A stretch of 64,000 nucleotides of DNA from the NCBI GenBank assembly GCA_963826785.1, contig CAWGYD010000002.1, positions 1 through 64,000 on the forward strand, in the 5' to 3' direction. Below are positions 49,128 to 58,184 of the stretch, in pieces. The DNA is from an uncultured delta proteobacterium. Its GTDB lineage: Bacteria > Desulfobacterota > Desulfobacteria > Desulfobacterales > Desulfosalsimonadaceae. How positions within the stretch are numbered: the first letter of the stretch is position 1; every line of letters begins with the position of its first letter. A program made the translations under genes and the position numbers. Under the pieces are notes generated by a model. It saw nothing but the letters and a program-made list of their open reading frames with translations, was not told the DNA's origin and did not search any database.

Positions 49128-51224
49128 ATGGATAAGGACAATCCAAAACCACGAACGCGCATGCCGGAAAAATCCGAGAGTCAAAATGCCCTGCTAAAGC
49201 AGGAGATTAACCGTCGCAAGCGGGCTGAAAAACAATTGACGGTCGTAACCGAAGAATTAGAAGCTATTAAATCGGAGAGGGCTTCTTACAAGCAGAATAC
49301 GGAGGAGGGATCTCGCTTTGATAAGCTGCTGTTGGATATCTCCGCACATTTTATTAATTTGCCGTCCGAACAGATAGATAATGAGATTATGGACGTCCAG
49401 CGCCAGGTTTGCAAATTACTGGGACTGGATCTGAGCACACTCTGGCAATGGTCGGATGATGATCCGGAAACGTATATTCTGACCCATTATTATCGCCCTT
49501 TGGGAGGGCCGCCGGTGCCTGAGAAGATGAGAGCAATCGATTTTTTCCCATGGAGCCAGCAAAGAATAAGGGAGGGCAGGAGAGCTACAGTTTCGTCCAT
49601 GGATAATCTCCCTCCCGAAGCCGCCCGTGATAAGGAAACGTGGCGTCATTACGGCGTCAAGGCAAATGTGACAATACCGCTACAGCTATCCGGCGAGCAG
49701 GTTATCGGCGCTATCTCGTTTAACGACATGCAGTCCGAGCGCACATGGTCGGAAACGATTTTGCAGCGGCTCCATTTGGTTGCGACAATATTTGCCAATG
49801 CAATTGCCCGGAAATTCAAAGACCAGGACTTACGCGAGGCAGAGAGGCGTTTAAGAATGGCCACGGATGCCGCCAGGGCGGGTCTGTGGGGCATGGATAT
49901 GGACACCGAAAAGGTCTGGGTGTCGTCGTCATTAAAAGAATTATTTTATTTTGCGCCGGAAGAAGAAGTGACTTATCAGAGTTTTTTGGGAAAAATTCAT
50001 CCCGACGATCATGATCGGGTTCGTCAATCGGTAGAGCAGTTGGTTCATTCAAAGGAAAACCTGCACAGCGATTACCGGATTGTTCTTCCTGACGGACAAA
50101 TCCGGTGGATATGCGCGCGGGGAAAACTGCAACTTAAGCCGGATGGGAAATCGAGCCGGCTGATGGGTATTTCAGTCGATATTACCGACCGCGTGAAGAT
50201 CGAAAACCAGCTAAAAGACCGTATCCAGGAGATTGCAAAACTGAAGAAACAGGTTGAAAATGAGAACCTCTATCTTAAACAAGAGATCAAGTTTATCGGT
50301 GAACATAGTAAGATTGTGGGTCAAAGCCTTGCCATGAAACGGATTCTGGCGGAAGCCGAGCAGGTCGCTTCCACGGATTCAACCATCCTTCTCCTTGGTG
50401 AGACAGGGACCGGCAAGGAGATGCTGGCCCGGTTCATTCATCAGGTGAGCAAACGAAAAAGCCGTCCGATGGTGACCATCAATTGTGCGTCTCTTCCCCC
50501 AACTTTGATTGAAAGCGAGTTGTTCGGCCGGGAAAAAGGCGCTTATACCGGCGCTTTAACCCAGATGATCGGTCGTTTCGAAATCGCGGACGGGTCGACG
50601 CTTTTTCTTGATGAAATCGGCGAAATCCCGCTGGAGCTTCAAAGCAAACTGCTTCGGGTTCTTGAAGAAGGTGTTTTTGAGCGGCTGGGTTCCACAAAGC
50701 CTATCCACACCAATGCCCGAATCATCGCCGCCACCAACCGCGACTTGGAGAAGGAAGTGGCTGAGGGCCGCTTTCGAAAGGATCTTTTCTATCGGTTGAG
50801 TGTTTTCCCTATTTTGATGCCCCCACTTCGTGATCGTCCTGAAGATATCCCGCTGTTGGTGTGGTCCTTTGTCGAGGAATTTAAAATGCGGATGGGAAAG
50901 GAAGTCAACGCCATTCCATCAAAAAGCATGGAATCCCTTCGTTCGTATTCCTGGCCGGGCAACGTTCGAGAACTGAGAAATGTCGTCGAACATGCCATGA
51001 TCCTGTGCACCAATGCGAATCTGAGCATTCGGCCCCCGCAGTCTGGATTGGAGCAGCAAAACAGTTTGGATAAGCTGGTGGATATTGAGCGGCAGCATAT
51101 TTTGTCCGCATTGGAGCGAAGCAACTGGCGGGTCAGCGCCACCGCCGGAATCCTTGGCCTGAAACGGTCGACCCTTCATTCCAAAATGAAGAAATTGAGT
51201 ATTTCCCGCCCCAACAACCCATAA
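49128..51224 (+). CDS. Sigma54-dependent activator, FhlA-like (GAF-PAS-AAA+-HTH)
   Basis: GAF and PAS (IHPDD..YRIVLPDGQIRW); GETGTGKE; ESELFG.EKGAYTGA; WPGNVREL; C-terminal HTH. Confidence 0.93.
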   Translation: MDKDNPKPRTRMPEKSESQNALLKQEINRRKRAEKQLTVVTEELEAIKSERASYKQNTEEGSRFDKLLLDISAHFINLPSEQIDNEIMDVQRQVCKLLGLDLSTLWQWSDDDPETYILTHYYRPLGGPPVPEKMRAIDFFPWSQQRIREGRRATVSSMDNLPPEAARDKETWRHYGVKANVTIPLQLSGEQVIGAISFNDMQSERTWSETILQRLHLVATIFANAIARKFKDQDLREAERRLRMATDAARAGLWGMDMDTEKVWVSSSLKELFYFAPEEEVTYQSFLGKIHPDDHDRVRQSVEQLVHSKENLHSDYRIVLPDGQIRWICARGKLQLKPDGKSSRLMGISVDITDRVKIENQLKDRIQEIAKLKKQVENENLYLKQEIKFIGEHSKIVGQSLAMKRILAEAEQVASTDSTILLLGETGTGKEMLARFIHQVSKRKSRPMVTINCASLPPTLIESELFGREKGAYTGALTQMIGRFEIADGSTLFLDEIGEIPLELQSKLLRVLEEGVFERLGSTKPIHTNARIIAATNRDLEKEVAEGRFRKDLFYRLSVFPILMPPLRDRPEDIPLLVWSFVEEFKMRMGKEVNAIPSKSMESLRSYSWPGNVRELRNVVEHAMILCTNANLSIRPPQSGLEQQNSLDKLVDIERQHILSALERSNWRVSATAGILGLKRSTLHSKMKKLSISRPNNP

Positions 51225-51259
51225 TGCCGATATTAAGGCTTTTTGACGAAATATCGGCA
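51225..51259. promoter_or_regulatory. Palindromic site 1 (candidate enhancer/UAS)
   Basis: TGCCGATATT-N15-AATATCGGCA. Confidence 0.6.
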
Positions 51260-51367
51260 AAAAGCTATTTCCCTCCAATTTTTAAAAACCTTTCATTTCT
51301 CAAAAAATCTTATTTAACGCAATCTGTTTATCTATGAAACTCCAGCAGCGCGTTTGGGGATCACTTT

Positions 51368-51407
51368 CTCCCCCCATTCGCAAAGGGGGGGCTCCGGGAG
51401 AGATTTG
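51368..51407. repeat. Single REP-like poly-C/poly-G hairpin, same style as 39555-39734
   Basis: CTCCCCCCATTCGCAAAGGGGGGGCTCCGGGAGAGATTT. Confidence 0.45.
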
Positions 51408-51627
51408 AATTCCGGCACGTCAAAATTCCTTGAAAACCCCCTTTCAAACTTTCAAAGGGGAACTTTTGTGCCCCATTTCAAAGAGAGTAAAATTACAAAT
51501 TTATTGGAGTTATCCAGATAACCAGGTAACGCAATATCATTATAAATAAATGCCCCAGTTGGTTTCCGTCGGGTGTGCCTTTCGCTTAATATTTTCCATA
51601 TGGCAACAAACAGAGCCATATTAAATG

Positions 51628-51658
51628 GCGATATTAAGCCATCTTGCTTAAATATCGC
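51628..51658. promoter_or_regulatory. Palindromic site 2 (candidate enhancer/UAS)
   Basis: GCGATATT-N15-AATATCGC, ~100 bp upstream of the -24 box. Confidence 0.65.
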
Positions 51659-51758
51659 TACCCAATTGCTTTTTTTGCCTCTCCCAAGAATTCCATTCAA
51701 CTGAATATTTCAAGTAATTCAAGCGCATTATCAAATAATTTGGTTTTTATTTCCAAAC

Positions 51759-51774
51759 TGGCACATGTTTCGCA
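51759..51774 (+). promoter_or_regulatory. Sigma54 (-24/-12) promoter
   Basis: TGGCACATGTTTCGCA, exact GG-N10-GC spacing. Confidence 0.75.
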
Positions 51775-51885
51775 CCACATTTATCATATTCATGAATGCC
51801 AAATGATATTCGTCGGAAAACCGATAACATAGCTATTTTTTGACGACTTACGCATGATGTCAATCAAGCCAGAAAAAGGGCACCA

Positions 51886-52233
51886 ATGATCCATTCAAGC
51901 ATCAGAATGACAATATCCCCAAGAAAACGAACCGAAGCATTAAAAATCCTCAGAATGGCCGCAGAGTATTGTAAAATTCGGCCTGAGTGCCTCAGTTGTC
52001 ATATTTATGAGGATCTGGATGGAAAAAATACCATTCTGTTCACTGGAAAATGGCGGTGCGGAGAGGATTTTGAGCAATATCTCCGGTCGGATGAATACCG
52101 GAATGTCCTTCTCGTGATGGAGATGGCGGAAAATGAACCGGAGGTCCGGTTTGATGAGGTAGGCAGATCGACAGGGATCGAGACTATTGAAAAAGCAAGG
52201 AGATACAATCGAATTCAAAATGGGTCAGATTAG
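51886..52233 (+). CDS. Antibiotic biosynthesis monooxygenase (ABM)-like protein
   Basis: About 115 aa; P.CLSCHIYED....I.F...W......YLRS pattern. Confidence 0.75.
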   Translation: MIHSSIRMTISPRKRTEALKILRMAAEYCKIRPECLSCHIYEDLDGKNTILFTGKWRCGEDFEQYLRSDEYRNVLLVMEMAENEPEVRFDEVGRSTGIETIEKARRYNRIQNGSD

Positions 52234-52347
52234 TGGTCGCAATGATAAGTGCTGAACATAAAAATCATATGAAAACCCAAACCCGGATGCATTTGGAAAA
52301 CGCTATATTTTTTTACCTGAAAAAACCAGCAAAACAAGGAGAACGTC

Positions 52348-53025
52348 ATGAACAAAAAACAAACAACACTGATTAAAATGGTTATCGCGCTGGCCCTAAC
52401 CTGGACCTTAATTGGCTGTTCATCCCTGCAATCCAAGCCGGAAGGATCAGGTTTTTTGAAAGATTATTACCCCAAAATGGGACCGGGACCTGAAGGCGGC
52501 GCTAAGATGCGCTGGCTTGAGCCTGGCGTTGATTTTGGGAAATACAACAAGGTGATGCTTGACAGTGTTGTGTTCTATCTATCAGACGATTCCGAATACA
52601 AAGGCATTGACCCTGCAGTTTTAAAAGATTTGGCAGATAAATGCAATCTGGCGATTGTAAATGCGCTTAAAGACAAATACCCGATCGTGGCTGAACCGGG
52701 ACCCGATGTGATTCGACTCAAAGTCGCATTAACCGGCATCAAACAAAGCCGGCCGGTTCTCAGCGGGGTAACCTCGATTGTTCCTGTTGGTCTGGGAATC
52801 AGTATTATTAAAAGAGGGGCCACGGGATCATGGACCGGATCCGGGGCCACCAGCGCGGAGTTAATGGCGTTGGATTCGGCCAGCAATGAAGTGATCGCAG
52901 TCGCACATGATGATCAGACCGCCGGGTTTACGGAAAGATTTTCCAAGTACGGATCAGCTGATGATGCTTTTAAATTCTGGGCGGAAAGGATCCGGTATTT
53001 TTTAGATAATGCGCACCGCATGTAA
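52348..53025 (+). CDS. DUF3313 family lipoprotein
   Basis: Lipobox LIGC; SGFLKDY; PGP.VIRLKVALT. Confidence 0.8.
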   Translation: MNKKQTTLIKMVIALALTWTLIGCSSLQSKPEGSGFLKDYYPKMGPGPEGGAKMRWLEPGVDFGKYNKVMLDSVVFYLSDDSEYKGIDPAVLKDLADKCNLAIVNALKDKYPIVAEPGPDVIRLKVALTGIKQSRPVLSGVTSIVPVGLGISIIKRGATGSWTGSGATSAELMALDSASNEVIAVAHDDQTAGFTERFSKYGSADDAFKFWAERIRYFLDNAHRM

Positions 53026-53155
53026 TTGAATGCTCAATGCAGATAAGAGAGATGAGTCAATTTAGAAAAATTTGATGGTATTTTTTATGGTGGTGGTTGC
53101 GGCCGGATATGCAGTCACGCATCAAATCCAACCAATAAGGAGATGATAGATAATT

Positions 53156-54565
53156 ATGAAAACTAAAACGCTTAAAGCGATCACCTGGTCACTTGCATTG
53201 CTGCTGTCAACGACTTTGACAGTGAATGCCCGGATGCCCGAAAAAATTTCAGTACAGGAAGCGCAGCAGATTGCAGAGGAAGCCTACATCTACGGCTATC
53301 CCATGGTGGACAGCTACCGCATCGAATACGGCTACTTCGTTGATAAGACCGACCCCGAATACAAGGGGGCGTGGAACGAGATACACAACATCCCGCGCGT
53401 CTACACCCCGGAGGACAAGGCCATTCAGACGCCCAATTCCGACACGCCCTATTCCTTTATCGGCGCGGATCTCCGGACCGAACCGCTCGTTCTGACGGTC
53501 CCGGAAATTCCCAAGGATCGCTATTATTCGATACAGTTCATCGACGCCTATACATTCAACTTTGCCTATGCCGGCAGCCGAACCACCGGTAACGAAGCGG
53601 CTAGCATCATGCTGGCTGGCCCGAATTGGAAGGGCGAGAAACCGCAGGGAATCAAGGAGGTCATCCAGTCCGAGACCGAGATAAACGTCCTTCTCTACCG
53701 CACCCAGCTTTTCAATCCGGCCGACCTCGACAATGTGAAGAAAATCCAGTCGGAGTACAAGGTGCAGCCCTTGAGCCAGTTCCTCGGCCAGCCCGCGCCC
53801 ACCCCCGCCCCGGCCATCGACTACATCAAGCCGCTCAGCCAGGAAGAGCAGAAAAGCTCTCTCGAGGTGTTCAGTATCCTGAATTTCGTCCTGCAATTCT
53901 GCCCGACCGATCCGTCCGAGAAGGAACTCATGGAGAGGTTCGCCAAGATTGGCATCGGTGCCGGAAAGACCTTTGATCCCGCTGCGCTTTCTCCTGAGAT
54001 GAAAAAAGCCTTCGAGGACGGTATTGGCGACGCCTGGAAAGAATTTGCGGACGGCGCGAAGTTATTGGGGGAAGGTAAAATTACCGCCGGCGATGTCTTC
54101 GGCACGCGCGCATCCATGAAAAACAATTATCTCTATCGCTGGCTCGCAACCATGGGCATCTGGGGAAATTCAAAACAGGAGGCGATATACCCTATTTATT
54201 GGACTGACGCCAGCGGCCAAAAGCTCAACGGCGCCAACCGTTATACGCTGCATTTCCCGAAGGGCCAACTGCCGCCCGCGCATGCGTTCTGGTCGCTCAC
54301 CATGTATCAGCTGCCGGAGAGCTTGCTGGTGGACAATCCCATCAACCGCTACCTCATCAACTCGCCAATGCTGCCGAAGCTGAAAATGGATACCGATGGC
54401 GGCCTCACGCTCTACATCCAGAACGAGTCACCCGGCAAGGAGCTGGAGTCCAACTGGCTTCCTGCACCCAAGGGACCATTCTCAGCTTATCTGCGCATCT
54501 ATTGGCCGGAAGCAGCTGCTCTGGATGGTACGTGGACCGCTCCGAAACTGGAGATGGTGAAATAA
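53156..54565 (+). CDS. DUF1254/DUF1214 exported protein, copy 1
   Basis: Signal peptide; AYIYGYP; TPNSDTPYS; DLR.EP; FWSLTMY; NWLPAP; LRIYWP. Confidence 0.9.
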   Translation: MKTKTLKAITWSLALLLSTTLTVNARMPEKISVQEAQQIAEEAYIYGYPMVDSYRIEYGYFVDKTDPEYKGAWNEIHNIPRVYTPEDKAIQTPNSDTPYSFIGADLRTEPLVLTVPEIPKDRYYSIQFIDAYTFNFAYAGSRTTGNEAASIMLAGPNWKGEKPQGIKEVIQSETEINVLLYRTQLFNPADLDNVKKIQSEYKVQPLSQFLGQPAPTPAPAIDYIKPLSQEEQKSSLEVFSILNFVLQFCPTDPSEKELMERFAKIGIGAGKTFDPAALSPEMKKAFEDGIGDAWKEFADGAKLLGEGKITAGDVFGTRASMKNNYLYRWLATMGIWGNSKQEAIYPIYWTDASGQKLNGANRYTLHFPKGQLPPAHAFWSLTMYQLPESLLVDNPINRYLINSPMLPKLKMDTDGGLTLYIQNESPGKELESNWLPAPKGPFSAYLRIYWPEAAALDGTWTAPKLEMVK

Positions 54566-54619
54566 TGGATTAGCGGATTGTTGTTCGGCATTTTTTATGA
54601 ACCGCCAAAAGGAGAAACT

Positions 54620-56044
54620 ATGAAACGAAATTTTCTCAAATCGGCGTTGGCGGTGGCCGTCATCGCCACCTCACTTACCGTCGGCATGCCCGTATCAGCG
54701 CAAGAAACGCAAAAGAAAACCGACTGGCGCGAGGATTACGCTTACACGCTCGGCGTGCAGGCTTACATCTTCAGCTTCCCGTGGGACTTTCTTTCGAAGA
54801 TTCAGTACCAATGGGTGGTCGTACCGGCCAAGAATCCCGCGCTGACCCCCAACATGCCGCTCAATCAGTGGTGGCACGCCCGCAACATCATCACTTCCGA
54901 CTACCGGGACGGTGGTGCGCCGAATAACGACACCCTCTACTCGGCAACGTGGCTGGATGTGGGCAAAGAACCCATCATCTTGAGCCATGGAGACATGGGC
55001 GACCGTTACTTCACCTTTGAGATCGCCTCCATGAACTCCGACAACTTCGCTTATGTGGGCGCAAGCTCAACCGGATCCAAGGCGGGCCATTTTGCCATCA
55101 CGGGCCGGGACTGGAAGGGAACGCTGCCCGAAGGCGTGACGCAGTTGCCCCCGTCGCCTACCGACTCCGTCCTCATCCTCGGCCGCACCGCAGTCAGGGG
55201 GGCAGACGATGTCCCCGCGGTCAACAAGGCCCAGGACACCTATAAGCTGACGCCGTTGAGCCTCTGGGGCAAGGAGGGTGCCGTTGTTTCGGAGAATCGC
55301 GACGTTCCCAAACCGTTCGATCCAAAAGCGGATCCACTTGCGGACTGGAAGACCATCAATCGGGCGATGGTAAAAAACCCTCCCCTCAAGCAACATGCGG
55401 TCCTTCTCGACATGTTCAAGCAGGTCGGGGTCGGACCCGGTCTGGATGTTGAGGCCATGGACGATGCGACCAAGCGTGGTCTGGCGCGTGCCGCCACAGA
55501 CGGCATGCAGATGCTTCAGTCCATGCTCGCAACCGGCCTTGATTTGCCCAAGGTCAATGGTTGGAGCGTTCCCCCGGCGACAATGGGCCGCGCCATGATT
55601 CACAATGATTTCAATACACTGGCCCTCCAGTGTCTCGGCGGAATCATTTCCAACGATCCAAGTGAGGCGATTTATTTTAACACCCACGCGGATGCCGACG
55701 GCAATACTCTAAACGGGGCGAACAAATACACGCTCCGTTTTGCACCGAACCAGTTGCCCGACGTGAAGTATTTCTGGTCACTAACCATGTATGACCTGAC
55801 CAATAACCTTGTGCCCAATCCCATTGACCGGTGGGCGATTGGTTCATTGGCCGGGGGATATCAGAAGGCGGCGGACGGCAGCCTGACGCTTTACCTGCAG
55901 AAGGATTCTCCGGGAAAAGACAAGGAGGCCAACTGGCTGCCTGCTCCAGAGGGGGAATTTTGGGTCGTGTTTCGCACCTACGGCCCCAGCAAGGAGATAG
56001 TCGATCAGACCTGGAAGCTGCCACCGCTGGAGGTAACGAATTGA
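54620..56044 (+). CDS. DUF1254/DUF1214 exported protein, copy 2
   Basis: SD AGGAG; signal peptide; PNNDTLYS; FWSLTMY; NWLPAP; FRTYGP. Confidence 0.9.
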   Translation: MKRNFLKSALAVAVIATSLTVGMPVSAQETQKKTDWREDYAYTLGVQAYIFSFPWDFLSKIQYQWVVVPAKNPALTPNMPLNQWWHARNIITSDYRDGGAPNNDTLYSATWLDVGKEPIILSHGDMGDRYFTFEIASMNSDNFAYVGASSTGSKAGHFAITGRDWKGTLPEGVTQLPPSPTDSVLILGRTAVRGADDVPAVNKAQDTYKLTPLSLWGKEGAVVSENRDVPKPFDPKADPLADWKTINRAMVKNPPLKQHAVLLDMFKQVGVGPGLDVEAMDDATKRGLARAATDGMQMLQSMLATGLDLPKVNGWSVPPATMGRAMIHNDFNTLALQCLGGIISNDPSEAIYFNTHADADGNTLNGANKYTLRFAPNQLPDVKYFWSLTMYDLTNNLVPNPIDRWAIGSLAGGYQKAADGSLTLYLQKDSPGKDKEANWLPAPEGEFWVVFRTYGPSKEIVDQTWKLPPLEVTN

Positions 56045-56082
56045 ATTCATTGTCAATGCAAGTAAACCTAATGGAGAGACAA

Positions 56083-56202
56083 ATGAACAAATTAAGACAC
56101 GTACTTCTATGTGGCGCTTTATGCAGCGGCCTCGCTGCAGGGCTGCTAAGCGGCTGCGGGACGAATGGCGCCCCATCCGGGCTGCAGAACAAGACCGCGT
56201 GA
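56083..56202 (+). pseudogene. 39-aa lipoprotein-leader remnant paralogous to the 5' end of 58185-59663
   Basis: Shared upstream ATGCAAGTAAACCT..GGAGAGACAAATGAACAAAT; LSGCGTNG vs SAGCATNG. Confidence 0.7.
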
Positions 56203-56221
56203 CGCGAGAAGGAGGTGGACA

Positions 56222-57229
56222 ATGGCGTTAAGTCTCAGAAGTTTGCTCGTTGTTGGTGCTCTGCTCGTTCATTCGGCAGGCTACGCTGCGGAGCTCGTCA
56301 CGGTCGACAACTTTGTTCGTGCAGAGACCGACAAAACCCTCGGCCGTTACGCAAAACAGGGAGCATTCGGTAAATTCCTACACATTCGTCAGCCGACGCC
56401 CATCGACAAGCAGGATGTCGTCCGCATGAATCTGGATACGCTGTACTCGGTTGGCGTGTTCGATCTCACCACGCCGGTCACCATCGTGAAGCCGGAATCC
56501 GCAGGGCGTTTTCAGTCGATGATGGTCATCAATCAGGACCACTCGATGCTACCCATCGAGCATGGCGCGGGCGAGTTCACCTTCACGAAGGAACAAATCG
56601 GGTCGCGCTACATGATTGTCCTCTTCCGCACATTCATCGATGCAAACGATCCGGCTGACATCAAGGCCGCCAACGCCCTGCAGGACGAGATCGCTGTCCG
56701 GCAGGAGACCCCAGGAGCGTTTGAGATTCCGGAGTGGGATGATGCATCGTTAGCGAAAGTCCGGGATGCCATTAAGGTTCTTGCGGCGACCCGAACCGAT
56801 GCCAAGGGCATGTTTGGTGACAAAGCAAAGCTTGATCCGATCAGTCACCTGCTGGGCACGGCCTACGGCTGGGGCGGAAATCCCGAAGAAGCCGCTATGT
56901 ACGACAACGCTGTGCCGGAAAAGAACGACGGCAAGACACCCTATGTGGTCACCGTCAAGGACGTGCCTGTCAACGGCTTCTGGTCTATTACCGTCTACAA
57001 CAAGGATGGGTATATGGAGAAGAACGACCAGAACGTCAATTCCTACAACAACGTGACCGCCAAAAAGAACGCGGACGGAAGCATCACGATCAATTTCGGT
57101 GGTGGCCCGGACGCCATCAACAACCTGCCGATCACTCCCGGATGGAACTACATCGTGCGGATGTATCAGCCGAAGAAGGAGATCATCAACGGTTCGTGGA
57201 GCTTTCCCAAGGCGCAATCGTTGGAGTAG
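56222..57229 (+). CDS. DUF1254/DUF1214 exported protein, copy 3 (short type)
   Basis: SD AGGAGG; VTVDNFVRAETD; RMNLDTLYS; FWSITVY; WNYIVRMYQP. Confidence 0.88.
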   Translation: MALSLRSLLVVGALLVHSAGYAAELVTVDNFVRAETDKTLGRYAKQGAFGKFLHIRQPTPIDKQDVVRMNLDTLYSVGVFDLTTPVTIVKPESAGRFQSMMVINQDHSMLPIEHGAGEFTFTKEQIGSRYMIVLFRTFIDANDPADIKAANALQDEIAVRQETPGAFEIPEWDDASLAKVRDAIKVLAATRTDAKGMFGDKAKLDPISHLLGTAYGWGGNPEEAAMYDNAVPEKNDGKTPYVVTVKDVPVNGFWSITVYNKDGYMEKNDQNVNSYNNVTAKKNADGSITINFGGGPDAINNLPITPGWNYIVRMYQPKKEIINGSWSFPKAQSLE

Positions 57230-57298
57230 TGGATAGAGTGCGTGAACATTAGTAAAAAAACCACCGTCACAAGGCGGTAAACCAAAAGGAAAAGAATA

Positions 57299-58111
57299 AT
57301 GAAAACAATGACAACCATATCCGTGAAGACAATAGCACTGGCGCTTGCGCTTCTGGGTGCCATGACGCCGGCCTTTGCCGAACAGAAAGTTACCCTGAAG
57401 GATCCCGTCAAGGTCGAGATCGAAAACTGGCGCGGCAAAGCCTTCTACGAAATTCTGTTCATGAACCGCCAGGCCGACGGCAGCGGGGTCGGTTTCTACC
57501 ACAATTCTCTTGGCTTAGACCTTGAAGCGTCGAACGAAGAGATGGACGCGCGCTTCCGCGCGCTGGATGCCGATACCTTGATGAAGGAATACGGCGGTGA
57601 TGGTGTCATCTTCAATGGTCCGCGTCGCCTCGTGGCGAACAGCATCACTGGGATAATCGCCTGGGATGGCGGCAAGAAGACGGTGATCGGAACGATCCCC
57701 TATCGCGTGTTAGGCCTCTTCGAAACCCCTGACCTCGATAAGGCCGCTACCGGAGAAATGCCTGCTTATCATGTGCTGACCTCTAAACGCACCAATTCCT
57801 TTAAGTTCAATGCCGGCGAAACGGTGTATGAGCTGATCACCCCCGAGGGCACCGTCTACACCATGTTCAGTCTGTCCCTGAGGATCGACCCCAACAACAC
57901 CATCGAAAACCTGCCCACCCTTGGCGAGCGCCTGAAGAAATTACCGGAGGGTTGGAAATTCAGATCACGCAAGCTGGACAAGGAAATGATTCTGTCGTGC
58001 ACCGCCGATTCCAACCCGCCTAACACCATCGTTCTCGACGAGCTTGTGGGCAACTATCAGTACAACGCTGAAGCCAGCCAACAGACTATGAATCGGCCAG
58101 ATCACCCATGA
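57299..58111 (+). CDS. Exported hypothetical protein
   Basis: Signal peptide ending AFA; NGPRR and VYELITPEG...LGERL.KLPEGW motifs. Confidence 0.8.
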   Translation: MKTMTTISVKTIALALALLGAMTPAFAEQKVTLKDPVKVEIENWRGKAFYEILFMNRQADGSGVGFYHNSLGLDLEASNEEMDARFRALDADTLMKEYGGDGVIFNGPRRLVANSITGIIAWDGGKKTVIGTIPYRVLGLFETPDLDKAATGEMPAYHVLTSKRTNSFKFNAGETVYELITPEGTVYTMFSLSLRIDPNNTIENLPTLGERLKKLPEGWKFRSRKLDKEMILSCTADSNPPNTIVLDELVGNYQYNAEASQQTMNRPDHP

Positions 58112-58184
58112 TCGCTCCAGGCACGAGAGTTTTATTAACGAATTTAATTTATTGTAAATGCAAGTAAACCTCAAGGAGAGACAA

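Noticed and set aside
53052..53146. Possible frameshifted signal-peptide remnant (MSQFRK/LMVFFMVVVAAG)
   Set aside because: Too short and needs a frameshift; not supportable.
56200..56222. Selenocysteine read-through of the TGA joining the 39-aa stub to DUF1254 copy 3
   Set aside because: The downstream gene is out of frame (19 nt offset) and has its own SD and signal peptide. I found no convincing in-frame Sec codon at the TGA stops I checked.
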